64,000 bases of DNA from a virus: positions 7,362-71,361 of IMG/VR virus record IMGVR_UViG_3300049016_000031, one strand, 5' to 3'. The stretch's first letter is position 1, and every line of letters begins with the position of its first letter. This document shows positions 25,537-34,327 of this stretch, in pieces. A model generated the notes under the pieces. It was not told the origin of the DNA and ran no database searches. It was given only the letters and a program-made list of their open reading frames with translations. A program made the translations under genes and the position numbers.

Positions 25537-25920
25537 ATGGATTACACGGAACTTAAAGTTGACAAAAACGTCCCACTTCCAGAGGGAGGGGGTCGTAAGG
25601 GCTCAGGACTCGCCCACCTCCTCAAGTCCCTCGCATTCGGGGATTCGGTCTTCATCCCTTATCACGAAAACCAAAAACCTTCCTCGCTATCCAGTAATTG
25701 TCATACGGCGAGTCGCTCCGCGGGCGTTCGCCTAACAATTCGGAAGTGGAACTCTTGCCTTAATCCCGGATGCGGCTTGCCCTCAGTCGAAATCGTGGGG
25801 CACGACAAGCAACACTGTGTGTGTAAGAAACCGAAACCCCAACCTGGGGTGAGAGTTTGGCGCATTGATGGCGCACCTAACGGCTCGCCAACTCCTAAGA
25901 GTAAGAAACCGAGGGTCTGA
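25537..25920 (+). CDS. hypothetical protein (127 aa), Cys/His-containing
   Basis: ATG overlaps the upstream stop (TAAATG). Contains C..C...H..C.C. Confidence 0.45.
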   Translation: MDYTELKVDKNVPLPEGGGRKGSGLAHLLKSLAFGDSVFIPYHENQKPSSLSSNCHTASRSAGVRLTIRKWNSCLNPGCGLPSVEIVGHDKQHCVCKKPKPQPGVRVWRIDGAPNGSPTPKSKKPRV

Positions 25921-26022
25921 CCTCGTTTCACTTTCGGACCGCTTATGAACAATGCAACACTTGTTTTTGTATGCATACTTTATTTAATTCTTATTTTGTA
26001 CGCCCTGAATGATGAGGTGTGA

Positions 26023-26841
26023 ATGTTATCACTCCGCGAATTCATCCTTGAATACGACCACCTGAACACTCGGCGCCTCCTGGGTCGGCCCTCCCCGTGG
26101 TCCCAGGACATAGTCCTCCAAAGTTACCGCTTCGGTAACTTCCGCCGGGAGCTCGACCGCACGAATCGCCTCCTCACCACCTTCTTCGGGTCGTCTCGGC
26201 TCACCGGTACACTGGTCGGCAACTTGGTGTCACACCGGATGGTCTCGCAGCCCTCCTTCACCTCCGCCTACGGCATCTTTGGGTCGTACTCGGATTTTGA
26301 ACGGGTGTATAACGACGCCATGAAAAGCGGAATACCCACCCGGCCGTCATCGTTCATGTCTTGCCGGTCTGCAGACCGGTTTCTTGACGCAATTCAAGAC
26401 TCCTGGGACAACTCTCTCACACTCACAAACAAGATTCAGCAGAAGCCGACCCTCGAATCCGTGTACCGCCTCTTTGCCCCCGTCCTCGGCAAATTCACCT
26501 CGTGGCAGCTCGCCCTGGACTTCCTTATGCTCCACCTGGTCGGCAATCCAGGGGAGTGGGCGCACATCGGCCCAGGGTCGGGAACGGCCCTCCTCGCTCT
26601 TGGGCTAAAGCCTGACCTTCGGTCGATCCTTGACCTCCTCCTTATTATCAATGAGTCACCAAAGCAACTCGACCTCCGGGTCGACGAGCTGGAGGGGGCA
26701 CTCTGCGAATACTCGAAGTACATTCGCCTTTGCAACACTCAGTTCCCGGGCAAGTTCCGAAACTTCACCCCCTCCTCGGAACACTTATTCCCTGTCCCCA
26801 CGGACTCGGTCTTGAAGGAGTTTTATGCTTCGCATATTTAA
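26023..26841 (+). CDS. hypothetical protein (272 aa)
   Basis: Clean ORF. No motif recognised. Confidence 0.5.
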   Translation: MLSLREFILEYDHLNTRRLLGRPSPWSQDIVLQSYRFGNFRRELDRTNRLLTTFFGSSRLTGTLVGNLVSHRMVSQPSFTSAYGIFGSYSDFERVYNDAMKSGIPTRPSSFMSCRSADRFLDAIQDSWDNSLTLTNKIQQKPTLESVYRLFAPVLGKFTSWQLALDFLMLHLVGNPGEWAHIGPGSGTALLALGLKPDLRSILDLLLIINESPKQLDLRVDELEGALCEYSKYIRLCNTQFPGKFRNFTPSSEHLFPVPTDSVLKEFYASHI

Positions 26842-27184
26842 CATTTCATTTTTTATTTTTATTTTAGTACCTTTGGCCACGTATAATATGTGGTTAGCCT
26901 TGGATACATTTACTCATGTTGTGTGGCCGATGTCTTGGAAGGGGCACTGGGTCGGCTTTGAGTGGTCTTGGGGTGATGTTCCTGGGGATCCAGTTCGTCA
27001 CACGGCCGTCATTGCGTCGTGGCACCATCCCCAGTCGCACAATTGGCGCTGGTGCATCTTATGGTCTAAGCCATCTGGATGGAAAAAATTTTGGTACCAA
27101 TCTACACCCTCCTGCTACTATCTCAGCATGCCCTGGGTCGGGTCCTTTCAATTACAACACTTCCCCCACACCTGGAGGACTTGA
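26825..27184 (+). CDS. Trp-rich membrane/secreted protein (119 aa)
   Basis: GAAGGAG RBS 5 nt upstream. N-terminal hydrophobic segment ISFFIFILVPLA. Preferred over the overlapping frame 26916..27254, which has no RBS. Confidence 0.4.
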   Translation: MLRIFNISFFIFILVPLATYNMWLALDTFTHVVWPMSWKGHWVGFEWSWGDVPGDPVRHTAVIASWHHPQSHNWRWCILWSKPSGWKKFWYQSTPSCYYLSMPWVGSFQLQHFPHTWRT

Positions 27185-27255
27185 TGCCTCGCGCATCTCA
27201 AGATTCAAAGTTCTCGTGTTAGGAGGTAAATTTGATTACTTTAAGGAGAATTAAA

Positions 27256-27762
27256 ATGAAAAAATTTCTATTATTGCTATGCGTCGTTCTCTGCTTCGGG
27301 TTTACCCAAAAGCCTACGGATAAGAAGGTGTACGTCACCATGTACACCGAGTTGGTCGAGAAGATGTGGCTCGGCACGGTCGGTGATGCTAAGGACGCAA
27401 ATTGGATTCTCGTCCATCACCTCGTCGCTCAGCGTACCACCTATCGACCCAACAACGTTCAGGGCACCCTGGTCCTCGTTCTCGACTCCGGAGACGCCGC
27501 TCTCTGGGAATCCCTCCTCGCCAACCCGGATCTGAAGGTCTCCTCTCAGAGGCGGACTCTCCTCGACGCTAACCTTGGTGAGTCAGTTATTCACGCTCTG
27601 GGGCTCCAGCTATACCTCAACCAGCTCAACCCCTGCACATTTGAGATGAACCTCCCGGCCGGATATGACTCGGGTCGCATCGGTTGGAACTGTCCCTACT
27701 CAGCCGCCGCTCGCAAGCGAATCTTGGAGATGTGTAAAGATGGAATTCAACCGAATAATTGA
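27256..27762 (+). CDS. secreted protein with N-terminal signal peptide (168 aa)
   Basis: AGGAGAATTAAA RBS. N-terminus MKKFLLLLCVVLCFGFTQ. Confidence 0.55.
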   Translation: MKKFLLLLCVVLCFGFTQKPTDKKVYVTMYTELVEKMWLGTVGDAKDANWILVHHLVAQRTTYRPNNVQGTLVLVLDSGDAALWESLLANPDLKVSSQRRTLLDANLGESVIHALGLQLYLNQLNPCTFEMNLPAGYDSGRIGWNCPYSAAARKRILEMCKDGIQPNN

Positions 27763-27865
27763 CGCTTCTAAAACAATCACGCTCCCTGGCGCTCTCGTCC
27801 TTTGCTGCCTAATTATTTGCGTAGAGTGGATTGCCGGGGAGTGGATTAGGGGACTCTTTAAGTGA
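27740..27865 (+). CDS. small membrane protein (about 41 aa)
   Basis: Sequence MEFNRIIDASKTITLPGALVLCCLIICVEWIAGEWIRGLFK. Overlaps both neighbours. Confidence 0.3.
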   Translation: MEFNRIIDASKTITLPGALVLCCLIICVEWIAGEWIRGLFK

Positions 27866-28995
27866 AAATAATTGATTGCCAACTCCTAGCCGGTTCCGGA
27901 CTTGTGGCTGCTAAATCTCTTGATTTTCAAATACAGGGTCGGATGTCCAATGGCTTCGGCGACGACGTTGTCCAGGCCAACAAGCAACTGTTAGGGGACA
28001 TTCCAATTTGGGGTGCCAATTTCTGGAAACCTCTTAACGGTGACGTCGTCGCGGGCTGTCCGCCCTGCTCAGGTTGGTCTCAGCTCAACTTCCGGGGTCG
28101 AGGTGCGCATGCTGCAGCTCATAAGTATACCTGGGACCTGATCCGGTATGCCGCTTCCTGCAATAACGGAAAGGGTCCCAAAGTAGTTGTCTGGGAATGC
28201 GTTCAGGCCGCGTACCGCGAGGGCTCCGCCCTTATGCAAGAGTATTTCGATTACCTTTGCTCCGCGACAGGGTCGAAGTACACTCTCACTAATGTCCTGA
28301 TGTCCGGTGCCTCAGTAGGCTCGGCATCTGAACGCAAGCGCTACTTCTGGGTCGCCTCAAAGGTCCCATTCGGTGTGTCGGTCCCGGACCTCGTTCGACC
28401 AGTCACAGTCGGAGATCGCCTCTACACCGACCCGGTGTTCACCCCCGACGTTCTGGGTACCTGGCCGCATTCTACCATCCTCCACTCCGACCAGCCCTCA
28501 AAGATTCTTCAAATGGTAGTAGACACGCATAGAGCGGCGGGTTGGCACGAGGGTTGGACCCTCCGGGACGCTGCGTTCCACCTCCTCAAATCGGATAAAC
28601 TTAGTGGAGCCCAGAAGCGACGGTACTTCGACGACCATGGTTGCTGGATCGGCTTCCCAGGCCCAAAGATTCTGGATTCCTCAAAACCCTGCCCTGTAAT
28701 TACTGGAGGTGCGGCTGCGGACTTTCTTCACCCCACTGAGCATCGCTTTTTGACTGTTTATGAATTCGGGCGGCTCATGGGGTATCCAAAGGATTGGGTG
28801 TGGCCCGGGACCTCGGTCCGAAAAACGGTCGAGCTTATTGGCAAGGGAGTGCCGGTGGAAAGTTGGCACTGGGTTCTTAACAATATTAAACAGTCCCTAG
28901 AGGGAAATCCAGGCGCCCTGCGTGGGTCGGTCGTCGATGTGACGTACGCCTGGCAGGGTTTGCGTAAAATAAAAATATCAGAGCAGATAAAATAA
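27862..28995 (+). CDS. C5 pyrimidine methyltransferase-family protein (DNA cytosine-5 MTase-like)
   Basis: GTG start. Motif I-like LLAGSGL, motif IV GCPPCSGWSQ (PC catalytic Cys), motif VI WECVQ (ENV-like), motif VIII SERKRYFWVAS, motif X LIGKGVPV. Confidence 0.65.
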   Translation: MKIIDCQLLAGSGLVAAKSLDFQIQGRMSNGFGDDVVQANKQLLGDIPIWGANFWKPLNGDVVAGCPPCSGWSQLNFRGRGAHAAAHKYTWDLIRYAASCNNGKGPKVVVWECVQAAYREGSALMQEYFDYLCSATGSKYTLTNVLMSGASVGSASERKRYFWVASKVPFGVSVPDLVRPVTVGDRLYTDPVFTPDVLGTWPHSTILHSDQPSKILQMVVDTHRAAGWHEGWTLRDAAFHLLKSDKLSGAQKRRYFDDHGCWIGFPGPKILDSSKPCPVITGGAAADFLHPTEHRFLTVYEFGRLMGYPKDWVWPGTSVRKTVELIGKGVPVESWHWVLNNIKQSLEGNPGALRGSVVDVTYAWQGLRKIKISEQIK

Positions 28996-29027
28996 AGGTG
29001 TACAACCCTCTCTATTCTTAGTATAAT
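28983..29027 (+). promoter_or_regulatory. conserved promoter copy 2
   Basis: AAAATAAAGGTGTACA-accctctctattcttag-TATAAT. Overlaps the stop of the C5-MTase-like gene and precedes the HNH gene 29131. Confidence 0.55.
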
Positions 29028-29130
29028 CAAAAGGTAAGTTGGTCCTGGAATTGATCACTTGCAATAATCACTTCTATTGTTTTCTTCAAGCAGACGCAAA
29101 CCTTAGGAGCCGGGACCAACTAGAAATCTT

Positions 29131-29406
29131 ATGCAATACGATGATTGGGACCGGGACATTATCCCGGACAGCACTTCAATTTACAAACCGGTTCGGTACC
29201 CAAGGGTTGCTGACCTTAGGGACGAGCGTGGAAACAGGTGCGAGGAGTGTCAATCACCGGATAATTTGGAGTTTGCGCACGTAAAGGAAACCAGGCTCCG
29301 CTTTAAGGGTCGGGGGCAAACTCAAAGGTACTATGACATTAAGAAAAATCCGGACTCGTATAAATTGCTTTGCAAAAAGTGTCACCGAAAGTTGGATAGG
29401 AGATGA
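29131..29406 (+). CDS. HNH endonuclease (91 aa)
   Basis: CEECQ...LEFAHVKE...N...CKKCH. Preceded by conserved promoter copy 2. Confidence 0.65.
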   Translation: MQYDDWDRDIIPDSTSIYKPVRYPRVADLRDERGNRCEECQSPDNLEFAHVKETRLRFKGRGQTQRYYDIKKNPDSYKLLCKKCHRKLDRR

Positions 29407-29407
29407 A

Positions 29408-29599
29408 ATGCCTAGACGCGGTCTTAAAATTGATAAAAATAGGTACAAAAACGACCCCGTTTATCGGGTTGCTATTTTATCAGAAGTTGAGAAAAGATTG
29501 AATAAAAGATTGCTGCGCATTAAAAAACAGTGTCGCCGGTCTTTAAGGCAAGTTATTCTGATCTATTCAAAGAAGGTAAGGGATGCAAGTTCAAAATGA
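29408..29599 (+). CDS. small basic protein (63 aa)
   Basis: ATG immediately follows the HNH stop. Lys/Arg-rich. Confidence 0.35.
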   Translation: MPRRGLKIDKNRYKNDPVYRVAILSEVEKRLNKRLLRIKKQCRRSLRQVILIYSKKVRDASSK

Positions 29600-29984
29600 A
29601 AAATTTATTGTGACCTTAAATAGCAAGGGCGTTTTTGTAATGATCAAAGAAACTGCGGATGTTTTTGAAACCCTTGAGAGCCTGCAATATTTTATTTTTG
29701 CACTTGAGCAGGCTCGAGATGAAAAATTTCCACGCCGAAATAGTAGTAAATTATCTATTTTTTCATTTGATCCTGATATGAACGACCTTCTTTTGATTTC
29801 CGGAGCGCGGGTCGTAAACGGCGCTTATGATGTTACAATAAGCGATGATGGAATGCAAGCCCTGTTTGAAGACCACAGTACTCATGCTAATTGGGTTTGT
29901 GATGTAGACGGTCCAGAAGCTGAAGGAGATTATAACGCAATATTAAATCGTTTTAAGGAGAAATTTCAAAAGGAGAACAGGTAA
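29583..29984 (+). CDS. hypothetical protein (133 aa)
   Basis: Clean ORF coupled to its neighbours. Confidence 0.45.
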   Translation: MQVQNEKFIVTLNSKGVFVMIKETADVFETLESLQYFIFALEQARDEKFPRRNSSKLSIFSFDPDMNDLLLISGARVVNGAYDVTISDDGMQALFEDHSTHANWVCDVDGPEAEGDYNAILNRFKEKFQKENR

Positions 29985-29985
29985 A

Positions 29986-30519
29986 ATGCCTGGGTACTAT
30001 AGTTGGAAACCTAAAAAGAAGTTGCGTCAAGATAATTCGTCAGTTTGGGTTGTCCTTGGAACTGAATTATGCAATTCTTTGGTTGATGATGTTTTGTCTC
30101 TTTTGAATGTATGGTCTGGAATGAACGGTCGGTGTAATAAACCAAGCCAGCGAGGATACGAATTATACGGTGGCAAAGGCAAAAAACTCTGTAAAGAATG
30201 GACAGGTCGTCAAGGTCAAATTAAATTTGTAAAATGGGCTATATCTCGTGGTTGGAAGCACGGACTGGTAATAGATAGAATAAATGGAAGGTTTGGATAT
30301 TCACCGCATAATTGCAGAGTTGTTACTCAGCAGGAAAATTCTAGAAATAAGTCAAATAATGTAATGCTTACCTACGCAGGTGAGACTAAATGCTGCGCGG
30401 AGTGGGGAGATGACCCGCGATGCGTAGTTCCAAATAATCAATTCCAACAACGAATAAAATGTGGCTGGAACATTGAACGAGCATTGAGTACGCCGCTTAG
30501 ACGTTGTAAAAGGAGCTGA
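29986..30519 (+). CDS. HNH homing endonuclease (HNH_3-like)
   Basis: W..M..RCNKP...YELYGGKG...C.EW...F..W...GLVIDRINGRFGYSPHNCRVVTQQEN.RN, the characteristic phage HNH_3 pattern. Confidence 0.65.
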   Translation: MPGYYSWKPKKKLRQDNSSVWVVLGTELCNSLVDDVLSLLNVWSGMNGRCNKPSQRGYELYGGKGKKLCKEWTGRQGQIKFVKWAISRGWKHGLVIDRINGRFGYSPHNCRVVTQQENSRNKSNNVMLTYAGETKCCAEWGDDPRCVVPNNQFQQRIKCGWNIERALSTPLRRCKRS

Positions 30520-30683
30520 AATGGCTGGTAGAAAAGACAGAGAGATAGACAAAACGCATCTTTCGTTGGACCTGGCTGAGGAGCGCGGAATTATTCACCG
30601 CGATTATCTTTAGCCATTGCCATCGTTGGTCTCACGTCGTCAAACAACTCCAAAAATCCGGGTCGTATAAAAGTGCTCGGATT

Positions 30684-31403
30684 TTGGACATCGGTTGTGG
30701 CAAAGAGGTTCCCCTCGCTAAGTTGCTGTACGTTAATAAGATGTCCCCTGCCTCGTACCTCGGCATTGACGCTAACAAGCTGGAGGTTCCGGAAATGCTG
30801 ACTACGACCCCAAAGCCGTGGCTTTCGCTTATGTCAGCTGACGTTACCAAAATAAACGCAAAACAATTTTATGAGAATGTCTTAAAGCCAAACGTAATCG
30901 TTTCATTTGAAATGCTGGAGCATGTCACTCCGCGAAAAGCCACACAGACCCTCCGGTTCATTCACTCGGTTCTCGATCCGGCCGGAAGGGCGTACATTTC
31001 CACTCCGTGTTTCAACGGGTCGGCTGCGGGTAACCACATCAACGAGATGACGTACCACGCCCTCGGTGCACTTATTGAGGATTTGGGTTTCGCAATCGTG
31101 GAACACTATGGGACGTTTGCCTCCATCCGAGATTATCACACCCAGTTAGCCTTAGATAGTCATGAGGATGAAAATCCGCAGTGTATGACGGCGTATCAGG
31201 CCTTTTTGAGGCTTCGTGATTATTACGACACCAACGTCCTCGCGACGATTTTCGCACCCCTTTACCCCCAATTTTCCAGGAACTGCCTCTGGGTCCTCTC
31301 GAACCAAATTCCGGTCGGGTACCAGCGGAGGTTCCCTTCCCTCAAGAAGGTCCCAGGACCCTGGTCGTCATCTGAGCAGTGGCGGCAATTAGGAGGAAAA
31401 TAA
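30684..31403 (+). CDS. class I SAM-dependent methyltransferase
   Basis: TTG start. Motif I LDIGCGKE at the N-terminus, plus acidic motif II/III-like blocks. Confidence 0.55.
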   Translation: MDIGCGKEVPLAKLLYVNKMSPASYLGIDANKLEVPEMLTTTPKPWLSLMSADVTKINAKQFYENVLKPNVIVSFEMLEHVTPRKATQTLRFIHSVLDPAGRAYISTPCFNGSAAGNHINEMTYHALGALIEDLGFAIVEHYGTFASIRDYHTQLALDSHEDENPQCMTAYQAFLRLRDYYDTNVLATIFAPLYPQFSRNCLWVLSNQIPVGYQRRFPSLKKVPGPWSSSEQWRQLGGK

Positions 31404-31435
31404 AGGTGTACATCCCTCCCAGATTAAAGTAAGAT
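31391..31435 (+). promoter_or_regulatory. conserved promoter copy 3 (head of the morphogenesis operon)
   Basis: AAAATAAAGGTGTACA-tccctcccagattaaag-TAAGAT. Overlaps the stop of the MTase gene and lies about 125 nt upstream of TerS. Confidence 0.5.
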
Positions 31436-31561
31436 AGAAGAGTGAACAGCGTGTTGGTTTCCTTCGACAAGCCGCCCCGGCCCTGCATATCGGTCGGGGC
31501 GGTCCTCATTTCGGCCACATTTAAGTGTTCAAGCCGATAATTAAGTGATACGATAGTCCTT

Positions 31562-32329
31562 ATGGAAAGAGGACGACCCAAAAATTCCAAACATCCAATC
31601 CTTGCACCTTTCCCCACCGGAGTCTCAATTATTCACCAGGACGGCACAAAGCCATGGCTCCCCCAAGTCGATGAGCCTGTCCTCGACTACTATCGCTTCA
31701 AGTTCTACTTAGACATGGGCGTGGAACGCACCCTCTCCCGGGTCGCCTCCGAAATGCGGGTCGGTATTGTCACAATCAAGCATATTGCTAAGGACCGGGA
31801 GTGGGACCGCCGAGTAATGTCTTACGAGAAGCACCTTTTGGAGATCGAGTTCGAGGGTCGAGATTCCACTGCATCGGCCGACGGTGCTGACTGGGAGAAG
31901 CGCCGCTCTGCAATCCGCGAGGGTGCCTTCCTCCTTTCTAACAAACTTCTTTCTAAGGCTGAGAAGATGCTGGACTTCCCCCTGGAAACTATTACCGAAT
32001 CTGAGGTAGAGCAGGAGGGCGAGGAGGGTGGGACTCAAATTATTAAGACGACAGTTCGAATGCCAGCCAAGTGGACCTTTCGCGATGCGGCTGCAATTAT
32101 ACAGACCGCCAACCAACTCCAGCGTCTCGCAGCTGATATGTCGACCTCGAATACTGCCATCACTGTCCAACAGCGCAAGGTGGACTTGACGGTCCAGCTG
32201 GTCTTAGATATGACTTCCAAGGGTAAGACTATCGATGAGGCAAAGCAAAAGCTACTCGATGTCGGAATAGAGGAACAAGATTTAGAATTAGCTATTCAAA
32301 AAATCGGAACGGAGGTTAAGAATGTTTGA
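31562..32329 (+). CDS. terminase small subunit (putative), HTH-containing
   Basis: First gene after conserved promoter copy 3, immediately upstream of TerL. HTH-like TLSRVASEMRVGIVTIKHIAKDR. Confidence 0.5.
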   Translation: MERGRPKNSKHPILAPFPTGVSIIHQDGTKPWLPQVDEPVLDYYRFKFYLDMGVERTLSRVASEMRVGIVTIKHIAKDREWDRRVMSYEKHLLEIEFEGRDSTASADGADWEKRRSAIREGAFLLSNKLLSKAEKMLDFPLETITESEVEQEGEEGGTQIIKTTVRMPAKWTFRDAAAIIQTANQLQRLAADMSTSNTAITVQQRKVDLTVQLVLDMTSKGKTIDEAKQKLLDVGIEEQDLELAIQKIGTEVKNV

Positions 32330-32861
32330 TCGCCTCTTTGATTTCATTTTTGACATTCTCAAATTATTTAAGTTTTGTAAAATTTTACAACCTCAACAAC
32401 GAGGTGTTCGCGTTCGTTTGGGATTAAAAATTAAGAAAATAGGGCCGGGTTTTCACTTATATTTGCCATTTGGCTTGGATACCCTTTATTGGGAAAATGT
32501 CATGACCGAAACCATGACCACCAATCCGCAATCTTTAACTACATCTGACGGTATCTCTGTTGCAATAAGTTCAGTCATTACATTTTCTATTTTTGACGTA
32601 AAAATTTTTCTCCTCGAGGTGGAAGGTCGAAATGCAGTAATTGGCGATACCGCTTACGGTGTTACCGCTGATTTTATAAGGTCGAAGACTTGGAACGAGC
32701 TGAATGATCCTAAATTTAATTTAAGTTTTGAGATGACTCAAGCAATTCGTAATCAAGCTGAGAAGTATGGGGTTAAAATAATTTCTGTTAAGCCAGTTGA
32801 CTTTCAAAAATGTGAAGCAATTCGTATTTTAGGAAAACCGATTTGGGTGGATGTACGCTAA
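32322..32861 (+). CDS. SPFH/band-7 (HflK/C, stomatin-like) domain protein
   Basis: RGVRVRLGLKIKKIGPGFHLYLPFGLDTLYWENVMTETMTTNPQSLTTSDGISVAISSVITFSIFDVKIF matches the band-7 core (E.GVV.RFG...PG.HF.PF...V..V..R.....T.D...V.VD.VV.YRI.D). Overlaps the TerS end and the TerL start. Confidence 0.5.
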   Translation: MFDRLFDFIFDILKLFKFCKILQPQQRGVRVRLGLKIKKIGPGFHLYLPFGLDTLYWENVMTETMTTNPQSLTTSDGISVAISSVITFSIFDVKIFLLEVEGRNAVIGDTAYGVTADFIRSKTWNELNDPKFNLSFEMTQAIRNQAEKYGVKIISVKPVDFQKCEAIRILGKPIWVDVR

Positions 32862-34291
32862 TGTCAAATCCTCTTCTTGAGTATCGGGCTCTAAATGTAC
32901 AATCAGCGACAACCACTCAATGGTTTACGTTTCAGCGCGCTTATCGCCATGATCCAGTTGCTTTTTGCCACGACATTCTTGGTCTCAAGACACTGGCGCC
33001 GTACCAAGAAGAAATCATTGGGTCAAAGGCAATCCGCTTGGCGGTACGTGGTCCGCGTGGTTTGGGTAAGACGACAATGGCTGCCGTTAAGGTCCTGCAC
33101 ACGGGACTTTGCTACGACGGCGAGGATTGGAAGTGCCCCACAACTTCCGGGTCGTGGCGCCAGGTTGTAAAGTACCTCTGGCCTGAAGTACACAAGTGGG
33201 CGCGTAAGGTGCGGTGGGACCTGGTGGGCAGGGATAAGTTCAATCCAAACTCTGAACTTATGCAAACAGCCCTCAATCTTCGTACTGGTCAAGCGTTCGG
33301 AATGGCGTCAGACCAGCCGGAATTAATTGAGGGTGCTCACGCGGACGTCATGCGTTTCATATACGATGAGGCGAAATCAATTCCCGTAGCCGTGTTCGAT
33401 GCGGTAGAGGGAGCATTTTCGACCGTTGGGGACATGGGCGTCTTCGCCATTTCAACACCCGGTGCCCCTAACGGTCGATTCTTTGACATCCACTCTCGTG
33501 CTGAGGGGTATGAGGATTGGGAGATTCGCCACGTAACCCTTGAGGAAGCTATTAAAGCGGGTCGCATGGATCCAGAGTGGGTCGAAAAGCGTCGTATTCA
33601 GTGGGGTGAAACATCCTCGCTTTTCAAGAACCACGTCCTTGGCGAATTTGCTGCTTCTGAAGAGGATGGCGTAATCCCGTATGAGTGGATAAAGATAGCT
33701 AATGACAGGTGGGCTCAACTCGTTGCTGAAGACAAATTCGACCCCTTCGTTTGTGAGGGAGATGACATAGCTCGCGGCGGTCGAGATAAGACTGTGCGCG
33801 CACGCCGTCATGGTTGGGCTATAAAGGAAATAATTTATCATGACTACGCTGATACTATGGTGACAGCTGGCGTAATTGTTGCAGGTTTGAAGAATGGTGG
33901 TTATGCAGTAGTGGATGTGGCTGGGGTCGGAGCCGGCGTGTATGATAGAATTCAGGAACAGGGAATAGATGTAATCCCGTTTAACGCATCATTTAAGTCA
34001 AACCAGACGGACCAGTCCGGTGAACTTCAGTTTCTAAATTCTAGGTCGCTTGTTTGGTGGCGGTTTCGTGAGATGCTCGACCCCAACAGTGGGATACCGA
34101 TTGCTTTGCCACCAGATCAAAATCTCATAAAGGAACTAGTTGCGCCGACCTGGAGGATGAACTCCTCTGGTAAGATTCAAATTGAGTCGAAGGATGAAAT
34201 TCGAAAGCGAATTGGTAGGTCTACAGACAGTGCGGATGCTGTAATAACTTCTTACTTCGACCCAGATGGGCAGAGTATTGAGTTTTATTAG
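32843..34291 (+). CDS. terminase large subunit
   Basis: Walker A RGPRGLGKTT, ATPase and C-terminal nuclease-like regions; 482 aa. An alternative start at 32861 overlaps the upstream stop (TAATG). Confidence 0.85.
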   Translation: MGGCTLMSNPLLEYRALNVQSATTTQWFTFQRAYRHDPVAFCHDILGLKTLAPYQEEIIGSKAIRLAVRGPRGLGKTTMAAVKVLHTGLCYDGEDWKCPTTSGSWRQVVKYLWPEVHKWARKVRWDLVGRDKFNPNSELMQTALNLRTGQAFGMASDQPELIEGAHADVMRFIYDEAKSIPVAVFDAVEGAFSTVGDMGVFAISTPGAPNGRFFDIHSRAEGYEDWEIRHVTLEEAIKAGRMDPEWVEKRRIQWGETSSLFKNHVLGEFAASEEDGVIPYEWIKIANDRWAQLVAEDKFDPFVCEGDDIARGGRDKTVRARRHGWAIKEIIYHDYADTMVTAGVIVAGLKNGGYAVVDVAGVGAGVYDRIQEQGIDVIPFNASFKSNQTDQSGELQFLNSRSLVWWRFREMLDPNSGIPIALPPDQNLIKELVAPTWRMNSSGKIQIESKDEIRKRIGRSTDSADAVITSYFDPDGQSIEFY

Positions 34292-34327
34292 CTGAACTAA
34301 TAAGATATAATCAGAAAAGGTCAAATT

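Noticed and set aside
26916-27254. ORF 26916..27254 (112 aa) overlapping 26825..27184
   Set aside because: It has no RBS and a Gly/Ser/Arg-rich low-complexity translation. The alternative frame has a GAAGGAG RBS and a plausible TM N-terminus.
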